Part shown: positions 13,601 through 56,374 of the stretch, in pieces
Numbering within the stretch: the first letter of the stretch is position 1
Layout of the letters: each line of letters opens with the position of its first letter
Assembly (NCBI RefSeq): GCF_006345805.1
Contig: NC_043021.1
Coordinates: 2,604,001 to 2,668,000 of the forward strand
DNA length: 64,000 nucleotides
Direction of reading: 5' to 3'
Source: Octopus sinensis
Taxonomy: Eukaryota
Made by a program: the position numbers and the translations under genes
Notes under the pieces: model-generated
Database searches by the model: none
What the model saw: the letters and a program-made list of their open reading frames with translations, nothing else
Told to the model about the DNA's origin: nothing

Positions 13601-16600
13601 ACACTCTCAGTAGTTGGTGTTAGGAAGGGCATAAAATCAGAGCAGAACCTGATACAACTCCTTGGTTTACCAGTTTTCAGTCAAACCATACAACCCCTGC
13701 CAGCATGTAAAACGGATGTTAAGTGATGATGATGATGATATATACATACACATACATGGCTACCCGCATGGTTCTTGGTCTCAAGAATTTGTCTTATGAA
13801 GAAAGGCTGAAGACGCTCGACCTTTATTCTCTAGAAAAACGCCGCCGCCGTGGTGATCTCATTCTTGCTCACAACATCATAAGTGGAAAGTGTAACCTCT
13901 CGAAGGAGCTGCTCTTCACTCCTGCTCCAGAGCGTCGGCTGCGGGGTCACTCCGAAAAGCTCTATCTGTGACGATTTCATCTCAATCGAAGGAGAGGAGC
14001 TTTCTCCGTCCGGGTTGCGGATCTGTGGAATAAGCTGCCGGACGAGATAGTGAAGATGCCGACGACTGCTCGGTTCAAAGTCTCCCTTGACCACAAGTGG
14101 CCTGAACTCTTTACATGAACACCACCCTGTACATAACTCCATGTTCCCCTACATGGCCTTGCTTTTTGCTTTTTGAGCCAAAAAATTAACTAACTATATA
14201 ACATATATATGTGTATGTGTTTATGTGTGTGTATATATATATGTATATACATGTCTGTGTATGTGTGTGTGTCTGTATATATTTATATGTTTTTTCTTTA
14301 CTTCAACTTATTTATTTCTTTTGTTTATCATCACCATCATCATCATCGTTTAACATCCGCCTTCCATGCTAGCATGGGTTGGACAATTTCGACTGAGGGC
14401 TGGCAAACCAGACAACCGCACCAGGCTCCAATCTTGATCTGGCAGAGTTTCTACAGCTGGATGCCCTTCCTATAAAAAAAACAAAAACTACACTGCAAAA
14501 ACCCTTCACAATTAAAACCATAAATTCTTATTTTTCAAAAAATTTCTATTTTTTTTTTTCCCTTAAAATAATTTCCTTGTTTTTTGTTATTTCAGACAAA
14601 GTGAGATCTTTTATCGGACAGTCGTCAACATTCAGAAATTAGTTACTTTCAATCAGGTGAAAGGAATCTTTGGCTTCAATGACAGTGATTGCATTGGTAA
14701 AATTGCTTTCCCTGCGGTTCAGGCAGCGCCATCTTTTAGCTGTGCCTTCCCAAAAATCTTTAACAAGAAGAGTATTCCCTGCCTTATTCCTTGTGCTATT
14801 GACCAGGTAAAGATGGACGTTTCTCTTATCACATTCTTAGACATTCTGCCATTTTTTTCTTCTTGAAGAGGAAGGAAGATAATAACTGATTGATTATTGA
14901 TCTATTTGTATTGATCTTTTGTCTCATTGAATTTTATTTCATTGACTTTTGGTAAAATATGAAACAGAGTTGAATCTGGTTCAATTGAGATGCTGAACTG
15001 AAGACTAAACCATCTTAAATCCCTTTGGTTTCAGATTACTGTGTCCAAAGTAATTCCACTTTATCCCCATCGTCCTGAATTAATCATGGATTATCTCGTA
15101 GCTTTGAGATTTCGATGATGTGATTGTTTATTTTTAGAATGACATTGTTGGGTAAGTGTGAGAGGCCAGACCTGGTCACTTTGAAAATAAAACAGGTAGA
15201 AGAGTTGGGCCAGCCATGGTTGGTTTAAATGCTAATGGGTTAACCTGGCCAAATCCAGGCCAAATATTCTGGATGTTCTATGTTCAAACCAGCCAGGTCT
15301 GGCCTATCACACTTATCCTACAGTGTCATACATTTGACGGAGGAATCTGACTGCTGAAGACCAATTCTTCACTGTTTTGGCTATGGCAACCTCTGTCTGT
15401 CTGTCTCTCTCTCTCTGTTCATTTGTCCGAGTCTGTATGATTAGGAACCAAACTTCTTAATTACACGGCCATGTTTGTGCCTTGTAATGTTGTTATCATC
15501 GTCATCCACTTTTAATGTCTACTTTCCCATGTTAGGGGTCGGATCAAGTTCCTTGATGTAGACTTTCTACAGCTGGATGCTCTTCCTGTAACCAACCTTC
15601 ACTTGTTTCCAAGCAACGACGTAAATATTTTCCCTCCATGGCCAGATGTGTTTACATGAAAGACTGGAAACAAAGGAAGACACCGCTTGCATGATAGCAA
15701 CATACATTTACAACTGCCCCTGAATTTCGAGGCAAAGAGGGGACAGTAACACACATACACACACACATGCAAACACAAGTGGGCTTCTTTCAGTTTCCGT
15801 CTACAAAATCCACTCACAAGGCTTTGGTCAGCCTGAGGCTATAGTAGAAGACACTTGCCCAAGGTGCCACACAGTGGGACTGAACCCGGAACCATGAAGT
15901 TGGGAAGCATGCTTCTTACCACACCACCCCTTTATACTAATATTGTCCTGTTTTTTCCGCCCTTGTCCAACTGCTCCAAGGTTTAGGCCAGAATTATTTA
16001 ACTAAATTAGAATGTTCATCATCATCATCATCATCGTTTAATGTCTGCTTTCCATGCTAGCATGGGTTGGACGATTTGACTGAGGGCTGGCGAACCAGAT
16101 GGCTGCACCAGGCTCCAGTCTTGATCTGGCAGAGTTTCTACAGCTGGATGCCCTTCCTAACGCCAACCACTCCGAGAGTGTAGTGGGTGCTTTTTACGTG
16201 CCACCGGCTGTTATGTTACAGTAATTTTTTTTCGTTTTACTGCTATTTCAGGACCCTTATTTTAGAATGACACGGGACGTAGCCCCTCGTATGAGTGTTC
16301 TGAAGCCATCGACCATGTATTCAACATTTTTCCCGGCTCTGCAAGGCTCTCAGAGCAAGATGAGTGCAAGTGATGCCACCTCATCGATTTTCTTGACGGA
16401 CACCAATGCACAGATCAAGAACAAGGTTTGTATTTATTATTTTCTATCAATGGAATTAAAAATTTAATTCTCAGCTTCTAAAAGACTTGCAGAACATTTA
16501 GTTCTGAATTTGTGTGACTCCAGAACAATAGCAACAGATGAGAAAGGCACTTTGGTAAACACCTGTCTGAATTCATTGCCAATTCTACTTAAACTTAGGG

Positions 16601-19150
16601 AATTCTTGTATATGACTTAAACCATTTGACATCAACCCCACCTAAAACTGCCCCTATTTCTATGGTACTTAGATTCTGTTTTAATCCTTTCCTCTGTAGT
16701 GCAAATGTCTTGTTTGCAGAAGTTCTGAATTAAAATTTTCCACTAAACCTTAGTCACAATTTATGTTCCTAACACTAGTTGAATGATATCAAAGTTATTT
16801 TACTAAATTCTTTCATCATCATCATCATCATCATCATTTAACGTCCGCTTTCCATGCTAGCATGGGTTGGACGGTCCGACTGAGGTCCGGGAAGCCAGGA
16901 GGCTGCCCCAAGCTCCAATCTGATCTGGCAGTGTTTCTACAGCTGGATGCCTTTCCTAACGCCAACCACTCCGTGAGTGTAGTGGGTGCTTTTTACGTGC
17001 CACCGGCACAGGTGCCAGGGGAGGCTGGCAACGGCCACGATCAGTTGGTGCTTTTTACGTGCCACCGGCACAGAAGCCAGTCAAAGCGGCACTGGCATCG
17101 GCCACGTTCGGATGGTGCTTTTTACGTGCCACCGGCACAGAGGCCATCGGGGTGGCGCTGGCAACAGCCACGTTCGGATCAATTTCCATTGATTTTAAAA
17201 TCAATTGAAAGAAACACAGAGCATCTCAACTGAAATACGGTAACGAATGGGTTAACGAGATCTAAATTAAAACCTTCTTCCATCGACATTTCCTGTTTAT
17301 TTATTTTCCAAATACCAATTTAATAACGACAAATTTATTTCAATAAATTCTTCATTATTTTCAAAATTAATTAAAACGACAGTTGTAGTTCCTCAGAAAT
17401 AGAGTAAGAAAAGGATTATAAACTGCTTTTAGGGGTCATTTATCTCCTAACTTCTTGAGGGTTCATGAACCCAAGGAGAATGGAATGCCACCAAAGCCTT
17501 TTTTTAGAGTTGCTGTTTTTTGTCTAAGGATTATCTTTTAATCGTTTGTGATTGGTTGATTAATGTCACTGATTTTTACACATGGATTATAATCATGGAT
17601 TAACTGGAATTTGAATCTTTCATAATCTTTCTCCAACAGATCAATAAATATGCATTCTCAGGAGGTGGTGCCACTGTTGAAGAACACAAAGCGAATGGTG
17701 GCAACTGCGATGTTGACGTTTCTTACCAATACCTACGATTTTTTCTGGAAGATGATGACAGGTTGGAGCAAATCCGTAAGGTAAGTCTTTGGTATCTCCT
17801 GATCCTTTGGTGCAGATTAATTCAGATATGTCAAGATCAACCCTTTAGCATTCAGATTACTTTGTCAAATCTAATAATCTACTTTCTTGAAAGTTAAGAC
17901 GAATTGAAGTGGATGCCTGTAAAAAGCCATGCCCGCGTCTACAAGCCATATTGTCAATTTGTTGACTGTTCCTCAGTCCAGCATTTAGAGACATTCACCA
18001 TTGATTCAATACGATTCATTTGCAGAAATAGTTTCCACCCATCATGCAGCACCTCATAATTTCAACGTACCCTAGCTCGGGCAGGTACATGCTAACTAGT
18101 CCAAAGCTCGCACCTTGACAGGTGTATCTGTTTCGGGTCAGTTTAGACCTAGGAACAATAATGGCAAAGTGCTGGTCCCACTCTCCTCAAAATTCTGGAA
18201 CTCCCAAACCAGGAACCCTCACTTCCTTACTTCTTTGAAAATGAATGTAAACATCATCATCATCATTTAACATCCCCTTTCCATGGGTTGTACTATTTGA
18301 CTGAGGTCTGGCGAACCAGACTCCAATCTGATCTGGCAGAGTTTCTAGAGCTGGATGCCCTTCCTAACGCCAACCACTCCTAGAGTGTAGTGGGTGCTTT
18401 TATGTGCCACCGGCACGAGGGCCAGTTTGGTGGTACTGGCAACGGCCACACCCAAATGGTGCTTTTTATGTGCCACCTGCACAGAAGCTAGTCCAGTGTC
18501 ACTGGCGACGACGTCGCTCGAATGTTTCACGTGCCACCAGCACAAGTGCTAGTAAGGCGACACGGTAACGATCACACTCGAATGATGTGTTTAACGAAGG
18601 CGAGCTTGTTGCTCTGGCAACGATCTCACTTGTATGGTACTCTTAGCGCTCCACTAGCAACGGATGCCAGTTACCGAGTTTGATTTCGTCTTCGATTTCA
18701 TTTGCCTCAGCTGGTCTTCACAAGCAGAGTTTAGTGTCCAATGAAGAAAAGGCACGCATAAGTGGACTGGTTGCACCCCTAGGATAGGCCACAAGGTTAT
18801 GGTCACACTTGCACTTGCCGAGTCTTCTGAAGCACAGCATATTTCCAGAGGTTCCTGTCAAAGTCATTGTGATGTCATGTTTCAGTTCCGGCTAGCTGAT
18901 CAAGTCTCAGGAAGTTAAGAATTAAGCAGTTATCAGTGATGTGTTTCTTGTGGATAATCCATCCATGATTTTTTTGTTTTATTCATTTCAGGACTACACC
19001 AGCGGAGAATTACTTACTGGTTATCTTAAAAAGGAACTGATTGGGATTCTGCAGAAGGTAGTGACCGAGCACCGTGAGCGAAGAGCCAAAGTGACCGATG
19101 AGGTCATCAAGCAATTTACTACTCCACGGAAACTAAAATATGATTATTAA
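2989..19150 (+). CDS. WARS1: Tryptophanyl-tRNA synthetase, cytoplasmic (8 coding exons, 1239 nt, 412 aa)
   Basis: Exons 2989-3130, 8912-9020, 9720-9839, 10689-10871, 14596-14806, 16252-16425, 17640-17780, 18992-19150 join in frame with GT-AG introns. Motifs: [20 protein letters not shown] (HIGH), QLTDDEK, AIDQ, KMSAS (KMSKS), GGNCDVDV. No N-terminal WHEP domain. Confidence 0.97.
5265..5570 (+). mobile_element. RTE RT fragment
   Basis: GIHQGSV.PLLF..LYAD(N)[21 protein letters not shown]. Confidence 0.75.
7005..7245 (+). mobile_element. R4/Dong-like 3' fragment within (TAA)n
   Basis: [20 protein letters not shown] + 3' UTR + (AAT)n tail; (TAA/TGA)n on the 5' side. Confidence 0.8.
7690..7910 (+). 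mobile_element. Penelope-like terminal fragment with degenerate hammerhead (7773-7807)
   Basis: GTTT-CCGACGA-A-GAGC(TCC)GCTT-GAAAC-GTT-AAAC; U4>C core change; similar to 34400-34600(-) and 12350-12540(-). Confidence 0.5.
8211..8861. mobile_element. piggyBac-like MITE carrying a ~450-bp internal insertion
   Basis: TTAA|CCCTTTAG ... CTAAAGGG|TTGA; ends are colinear with 21831-22051. Confidence 0.7.
8912..9020 (+). CDS. WARS1: WARS1 coding exon 2
   Basis: [35 protein letters not shown]; AG at 8910-8911, GT at 9021. Confidence 0.95.
9720..9839 (+). CDS. WARS1: WARS1 coding exon 3
   Basis: [39 protein letters not shown], contains HIGH motif. Confidence 0.95.
10290..10655. repeat. (ATT/ATC)n microsatellite
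   Basis: Ends ~30 nt before the WARS1 exon 4 acceptor. Confidence 0.95.
10689..10871 (+). CDS. WARS1: WARS1 coding exon 4
   Basis: [24 protein letters not shown]...FIFSDFEHM. Confidence 0.95.
12690..13030 (+). mobile_element. RTE-clade LINE 3' ORF fragment
   Basis: [17 protein letters not shown]...[14 protein letters not shown]. Confidence 0.8.
13125..13381 (-). mobile_element. CR1-clade LINE 3' fragment (inverted copy)
   Basis: Reverse complement of 13940-14197. Confidence 0.9.
13757..14197 (+). mobile_element. CR1-clade LINE 3' fragment
   Basis: [35 protein letters not shown]...RGHSEKL...WNKLP + 3' UTR with (AACT)n-like end. Confidence 0.9.
14596..14806 (+). CDS. WARS1: WARS1 coding exon 5
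   Basis: [26 protein letters not shown]...CLIPCAIDQ. Confidence 0.95.
15017..15240. mobile_element. piggyBac-like MITE (reverse orientation, decayed)
   Basis: Similar to 21831-22051; ends AATGCTAATGGG|TTAA. Confidence 0.6.
16252..16425 (+). CDS. WARS1: WARS1 coding exon 6
   Basis: [12 protein letters not shown]...[11 protein letters not shown]...QIKNK. Confidence 0.95.
17640..17780 (+). CDS. WARS1: WARS1 coding exon 7
   Basis: [47 protein letters not shown]. Confidence 0.95.
18992..19150 (+). CDS. WARS1: WARS1 last coding exon
   Basis: [17 protein letters not shown]...TPRKLKYDY*. Confidence 0.95.
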   Translation, partial: DYTSGELLTGYLKKELIGILQKVVTEHRERRAKVTDEVIKQFTTPRKLKYDY

Positions 19151-20477
19151 AATAAAGAAATTGCAAGTTCAATCCATGAGTTTCTTCATATATTTCCTTC
19201 TCTTAAACACAGCCATCGTCCTTCTGTTAATGTCCACTTCTCCATGAATACACAGGTCAGATGGTGTTTACTGAGGCAGATTTTCTCTGGCAGGATGCCC
19301 TCCCTGCTGCCAACCCTTACCTGTTTTCAAACAAGAGAAATATTACCCCATGGCCAGACATATTTTCATAGAATATTGGACTGAAACAAAAAAATATATA
19401 TCGTGACGTATATTTGCCATTTATCAGTTCCTAAGGGTGGATGCTACTGTAGTTTGTAGCCCCAGGAGGACACCTCCTCCAGCTGGCTTTAGACACACTT
19501 TCTGTGCCCTGTCAGTATTTGCAAAGGGAAGCCATCCTTCCCGTCTTCAACTTATGATACACACGGACTCGAGTTTCTGAGTATTGATCCGTCATCAAAA
19601 TATTTGCTAACGTAGCAAATAGACAAGCAAGGGAGATGACTCTAGCATGTGATTGTCGGAGTTACTTCCCCTACAAGATTCCCTTTTTTTTTTTTTTTTT
19701 TTCAAGAGGTTGATTCTACGCAATGCGTGACACGATGCAATTGCACGACATGGCTTCGCAACGTTACTCCTTGCCCTATTCCGGGACTGTATTGTATTAC
19801 ATTAACCCCTCCCAACCTGCAGTTCAGTGTTCTTAGTCTCATATATATATATATATATATATATATTGTCAATAATAATAAAGGGTAAAATTAATTAATT
19901 AGTAATTAATAATTTTACCAAGCAGTGTTCAGTATGTTAAAAGGACCATTTACGGCATATTTAAAACATTACTTTATATAATTAGGGTTCAGCAAAAAAA
20001 TTTGCTTTACCACATACCGAACTTTTAGAAATAGCAGCCAAAGAATTTAGCTATTTCCTCTACCATAAGAAGAGTCTCCCAGACAATGTATACTCAAAAA
20101 CAATATATATATAAGTTCAATAAAATTTAGATTCAGTTGAATATGGTACTCGAGTCAAAAGCACCAGAATTTTGTATGGTATTATCCATATAAATCCATG
20201 GGGTGATTATAATCAAAATAAGCAACAAGTATATCCGAGGTTCTGTGGTACAATCGTTTCATGCTACTTCATTTTATTAAACACTGTAAGTATTACATCA
20301 GTTTTAAAATGTCGAGCAATCTTCAGCCACTTATAGAAATTTTCCAATCAAACGGACAACATACATTCTTATATCTCTATTTCGTTTGCCTGATGTAATA
20401 CTTACAGCGTTTAATAAAATGAAGTGGTATGAAACGATTGTACCACAGAACCTCCGATATACTTGTTGCTTATTTTG

Positions 20478-20514
<37 letters not shown>

Positions 20515-21830
20515 CGCATGCGTAAGAAGCTTGCTTCCACACCACATGGTTCCAGTTTCAATCACACATACACATACATACACACACACACACATACACA
20601 TACATACACACACATACCGATAAAGGATCTAAAAACAAGCTTCTCCAAATGAATTAAACATAAATTAATGTTAACAATTATTACAATTTGCAAAACAATA
20701 AAATTATCAAAAATACAATTAAATGATTTAATTTTATTTCAGTGTTACACATTAGCTGTCATTGTTTTACATAAATGCTAAAAAATCTTAAATTTTAATG
20801 TCAAGTTAAAAAAAAAAAAAAAAGAAGAAAAACACAAAACGTTATTTTATTTTATTATAAAATTTTGAGAAAAACTCTGACCGAAATGAGCGTGCATAAT
20901 TTATTATATTAACGACCCTTTTGAGATGTAATCACACACACAAAGACACACGTTACTTTGTTAACTAAATTATTACAGAAATTAAGACTGGGATGATACT
21001 CAACACGGGTGGTTACCATTGGACGTATATAAAGAATCTCCTTTCAAACTGAGACTGATATCTGGTTTCAAATCTCAGCTGTGATCCGGGTTTTGCCTGA
21101 CTTATTAATGAACGCCAGTGTCGAAGGAAACATAAACAGGGGAGGCTGACAGCAACCACGATCGGTTGGTGCTTTTTACGTGCCACCGGCACAGAAGCCA
21201 GTCAAAGCGGCACTGGCATCAGCCACGTTCAGATGGTGCTTTTTACGTGCCACCGGCACAGAGGCCAGTCGGGGTTGCGCTGGCAACAGCCACGTTCGGA
21301 TGGTTCTTTTACGTGCCACCGGCACTGGTATCACAACTACAATTTCCATTGATTTTAAAATCATTTGAAAGAAACACAGAGCATCTCAACTGAAATATGG
21401 TAACAAAATGGTTAAACAGATCTAAATTAAAACCTTCTTCCATCACATAAAAATGTGTTTTTCTTTATTAACCCCTTTTGTTACCATATTTCTCTCAACA
21501 TATGCTGTTTTTTTTTTTTCGCTTGGTTTTCAAAATAATAAAGAATTTAGTAAAATAACATTCTCATTATTAAGCTGGGGTCTGGAACAAATTAACATAA
21601 ACTATTGAAGGAAGATTATAATTTTAGACCACTTGAAAACAGTAAGGTTATGTCATAGAACCAAGGAGGGTCTCGCTTGGGTTGGTATGAAAAGGGTAAG
21701 GCGGCGAACTGGCAGAATCGTTAGCGCGCCGGGCGAAATGCTTTGTGGTATTTCGTCTGCTGCTGCGTTCTGAGTTCAAATTCCGCCGAAGTTGACTTTG
21801 CCTTTCATTCTTTCGGTGTCGATAAATTAA

Positions 21831-22051
21831 CCCTTTAGCATTTAAACCAGCCATATCCGGCCAAAAATATTCTGCCTGTTTTATTTTCAAACTGGCCAGA
21901 TCTGGTCTCTCACACCAACCCTACAATATCGTTTTAAAAATTAACAGCTACTTCATCAAAATCTCATAACTACAAGATAATGCAGGATTAGTTCAAAACA
22001 ATGTGGATGAAGAAGCATTAATTTTGGCAGAATAATGCGAACACTAAAGGG
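21831..22051. mobile_element. piggyBac-like MITE inserted in a SINE
   Basis: TTAA|CCCTTTAG...CTAAAGGG|TTAA; splits the SINE at 21698-22160 exactly at TTAA. Confidence 0.85.
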
Positions 22052-22520
22052 TTAAGTACCAGTTACGCACTGGGGTCGATATAATCGACTTAATCCGTTT
22101 GTCTGTCCTTGTTTGTCCTCTCTGTGTTTAGCCCCTTGCGGGCAATAAAGAAATAGGTATGAAAAGGGTGGAGCTACATTGGCTGATTACCTGGGGAACA
22201 TTATAATGATTGAATTTAATTGGCAACTGTTGGTGCTGCCATCTACAGTTGCTTTCAGAGTAAGAGGCGGAAAGAAAAAGAGTTTGCTAAGAAGTAGAAG
22301 GGAGGGAGAAATTTCCCTCAAGGTGAGAGAACCGCTCAGGGCAAAGAAAATGTTGTTGTTGTTGTTATTATTCCACCACAGAACATGTTATGCTTACACC
22401 TAAACACTAAACACATACATACACGGTATATATTATGAGTTGGTTAACCCTTTACGCATTGCTTAGATTAAGCAAGGCCATTGTAAGTTACAAGGTCTTA
22501 CACAGAGATATGTTATACAA

Positions 22521-22790
22521 GATAAGTTTCTTTATTGGCCACACAGGGCTGCACACAGATGGGAGAAGTTACAAGGTAGAGCTTTTCTTTTGGGGGATGA
22601 AAAAAAAAACAAAAAAAAAAAGGGGGGGGGCGTAGGTTTTCGATCAAGAGGGATCGTAAAAGGGAAGAAAAGAACAAAAAAAAAAATAAATAAAATAAAA
22701 AATAAAAAGAATAAAAAGAAAAGGAAAAGGAACAAAAGAAAAGAGAAATGAAAAAAGAGGAAAAAAGGGGAAAAAAAAAGGGGAAGAAGG
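22521..22790 (-). mobile_element. Tx1 family 3' UTR fragment
   Basis: Reverse complement of ...GTGCAGCCCTGTGTGGCCAATAAAGAAACTT-ATCT. Confidence 0.8.
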
Positions 22791-23109
22791 TCGACTTTGC
22801 CTTTCATCCTTTCGCAGTCGAAAAATTAAGTACCAGTTACACACTGGGGGCGATCTACTCAACTTAATCCCTTTGTCTGTCCTTGTCTGTCCCCTCTACG
22901 TTTAGCTTCTTGTGGGCAATAAAGGAATAAGATAGATAGAAAGATAGATAGATAGATAGAGAGTACAAAACGTGTGAATATTACACACACACACATACAT
23001 ACGGGCGTATACATATACACTTAGACACTCTCACATCCTTTCACTCATCCAAATATACGTTATGCAATTGTATAGATTGACACTGACGATGTGAATGGCT
23101 TCGGTGAAT

Positions 23110-53473
<30,364 letters not shown>

Positions 53474-53589
53474 CGCTCCGCTTACTTTGGAAAAAAAATG
53501 TGCGCAAAGAATTTCTCGGAAGCAGGCGCACGAAAGAGAGAGAAAAGGAGTCTGTGGAGAAATATCAAACACTTGTAGTTTATGAGAGG

Positions 53590-53865
53590 GAGGGGTGGCG
53601 AGTGCGCCTGTGTGTGTGTGTAATCGGGTGTAAAATATATATATTTCTGTATACATGAGCAGGCGTGTTAAAGCTAAATACGTCAGGGATTGGTCGGTTA
53701 AGCTGGGTAAATTCGTAAGACTGTTCGCTGTTGGATGGAGTTAATACGAGATTGTTTTTTTTTATATTCACAGCAGTGTATTTTTTTTACCAGTGTTAAA
53801 AATGCTTGGAGTTAGGGGCTGGGAAGAAAGTGTTGGTAGTGGGGGCGGGGCGGGGTGGGGGTGGG
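53590..53865 (-). promoter_or_regulatory. Putative alkaline phosphatase proximal promoter
   Basis: Upstream of ATG 53473 on the - strand: TATA-like tract ~53632-53645, CRE-like TGACGTA 53679-53685, CCAAT 53689-53693, GC boxes GGGGCGGGG ~53841-53855. TSS not determinable. Confidence 0.4.
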
Positions 53866-53990
53866 GTGGTAGCGGTGGTTGTAGTGGTGGTGGTGGTGGT
53901 GATGGTGGTGGCGGTGGGCTAACAGTGCTTGCAGTAATGGTGATGGTGGTGGCGGTATCTATCTATCTATCTATCTATCCATCTATCTAT

Positions 53991-55272
53991 GGGCATGCCG
54001 TGGTTGATGATGCGCAGACACGCGCTGAGACTGCGACATCTCCGGCTCTATGTAGACGACGGTGAACAGGTGTGGTCGCCGTTTGTGAGGCACGCATTCC
54101 CGCAACTCGTCTCCATGACCGAACTACAGTCGTGGATCAAAAAGAGGCCGAAGAAGGGCGAATGGCACCGCGAGTGTCGCGTTGCTCTCAAGCAACTCTG
54201 CCGTTCCGGGTCGACCTTGAGTGACTTCAACACAACCAAAGCATTCTATAGGGGATTAGTGGAGGGGAGGTACGACGACGAGCTCGGGGCAAACCTGGGC
54301 GTCGACGAGGAATACCTGACCCGCCTGTTTCAAACGACTTTCGGCCCGGGACCTATGGACAACTTCCAGAGATCCCTGGCCTGGCGGTGCTACCGAGAAG
54401 CGCTACCCGTTCGGGATAAGCTCTATAGGCATGGCTCGAGAAAACACGGGGCCGACCTGCCCGAGATGCGGTCAGAGCGACGAAACCGCTCTGCACGCAA
54501 TCGTGCAGTGTCCAGCAATTTCCCACCTGTGGGCTTATGTCGAACGACTGCTGTCACGTGTGGGACGTGTCGGTTTATCCGCCGAGTCTATCGTTAATAT
54601 CGTCACCCCTCCTCTTCAAACGGGAAGGAAGAGCTATTTTTATCATACTTGTGGCTATGGCGAAGAAAGAATGTATCTGGTGGACGCGTCTGAAAGGATT
54701 AGAGACAAACACTTTCCTCTCTGGTCAATCTCTCATCAACTTCTTCAAGTATCACTGAAGAAAAAAGTGAGAGTAGAGAGGCAAGTTTTGTCTAGTGAAT
54801 GTTTTAAAAAAAGATGGGTGAATGTAGCAAGGATGGCACGTATGAATGACGAAGCCACCTTGACTATGATTCTATGAACCGTAAAAATTAATACAGAGAG
54901 TTGCTTATTTGAAAAAAAAAAAAAAAAGAAATATAACATGTGACTTCATTGACCGAGGTTACCGTGGTCTTTTCCGTAGGCTTTTCTTTCCACGGGTAAA
55001 CCTCACCTGTCCTCCCCTTTACACTTCATATTGACATTTCTGTGATAACGATCCCTATTGATCAATTTTTTTTCTCTCCCCCCTTTTTTTAACCCCCCCT
55101 TTTTTTGTCCTCTTTCTCTCCTTTTACGATCCCTTTTGATCGACCCCCCCTTTTATTTTTTTTATTTTTTATTTTATATATTATTTTTTTTTTTTTTTAA
55201 CCTTCAAAAGAAAAGCTCTACCTTGTAATTTGTTCTATCTGTGTGCAGCCCTGTGTGGCTAATAAAGAAACA
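53991..55272 (+). mobile_element. 5'-truncated copy of the same Tx1 family
   Basis: Matches 61404-62580 at roughly 85% by eye; zf-RVT YREALPVRDKL..TCPRC; same 3' end GTGTGGCTAATAAAGAAA; (TCTA)n on both sides. Confidence 0.9.
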
Positions 55273-55303
55273 TATCTATCTATCTATCTATCTATCTATC
55301 TAC

Positions 55304-55354
<51 letters not shown>

Positions 55355-55369
55355 CCTATCCATCTATCC

Positions 55370-55410
<41 letters not shown>

Positions 55411-55411
55411 C

Positions 55412-55452
<41 letters not shown>

Positions 55453-55527
55453 CGTGACTGTCTGTCTATCTGTCAGTCTGTCTGTCCGTTTGTCTGTCTG
55501 TTTGTCTATCTATCTATCTATCTATCT
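55273..55527. repeat. (TCTA)n between two Tx1 copies
   Basis: Direct read. Confidence 0.95.
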
Positions 55528-56374
55528 CTGACGGATGTGATGTCGTTTCAGCTCCGAAGGTAATCATTTATTTTGACTATTTAAAAGTGTATATTGACAA
55601 ACATTTTGTGCTTAAAAGTTGTGCAACAACATCCACTGTAAACCTTTGATAAATATCGACACAAAATTTTGCCCCTTGTGGGCAAAATTTAAAAGAAAAA
55701 ATTCTCATAGCCTTCGTGGTTTCATTAGCCATTTTATTTCCAAAATGGCCACTGGCCACCACGAGGCTGAGTTGCAAGTCAAGCGTGACGCAGAAACAGA
55801 AAAACAGGATGCTCTGTTAGCATACGCCGAACCTGACAACTCCACCACCACCAACAGCAACAAATACAAAACAAAGGTCGCAAGGCCAAGCACCGTCAAC
55901 ACCATCAGTGAGTCCACCACCACCACCAACACCATGGCAGAATCTGCTACTAAAACTGCTATCCCTACTAAAGATATCGCCACCAATAACAACACCAACA
56001 CTCACCATCACCGCCACCAAAGACCGTGCCGTCAATGCTACTAATACTACCAACACCACCGCCGTCACCAAGAACGACAATAACAACAACAACACAACAA
56101 CAACGACGACAACAACAATTCCCTTCAACCACTGCTCACTCCATCACCAACAAGTGAAAAAAAAACGACGACAAGCAAACGAAATGTCGAATTTTGCCCT
56201 AGTGCAGGACTAAAGTACGCAGGCAATTTTCCACCCCTTCCTACTTGCACGATCGAACCAAACACACCAATTTTACAAACTGCAGCCAACAACAACATCA
56301 CCACAAGCAACAACAATAACAAAACAACAACAAATTTCGCTGAGGCGATTAAAGAAAAAAAAACAACAATATAC

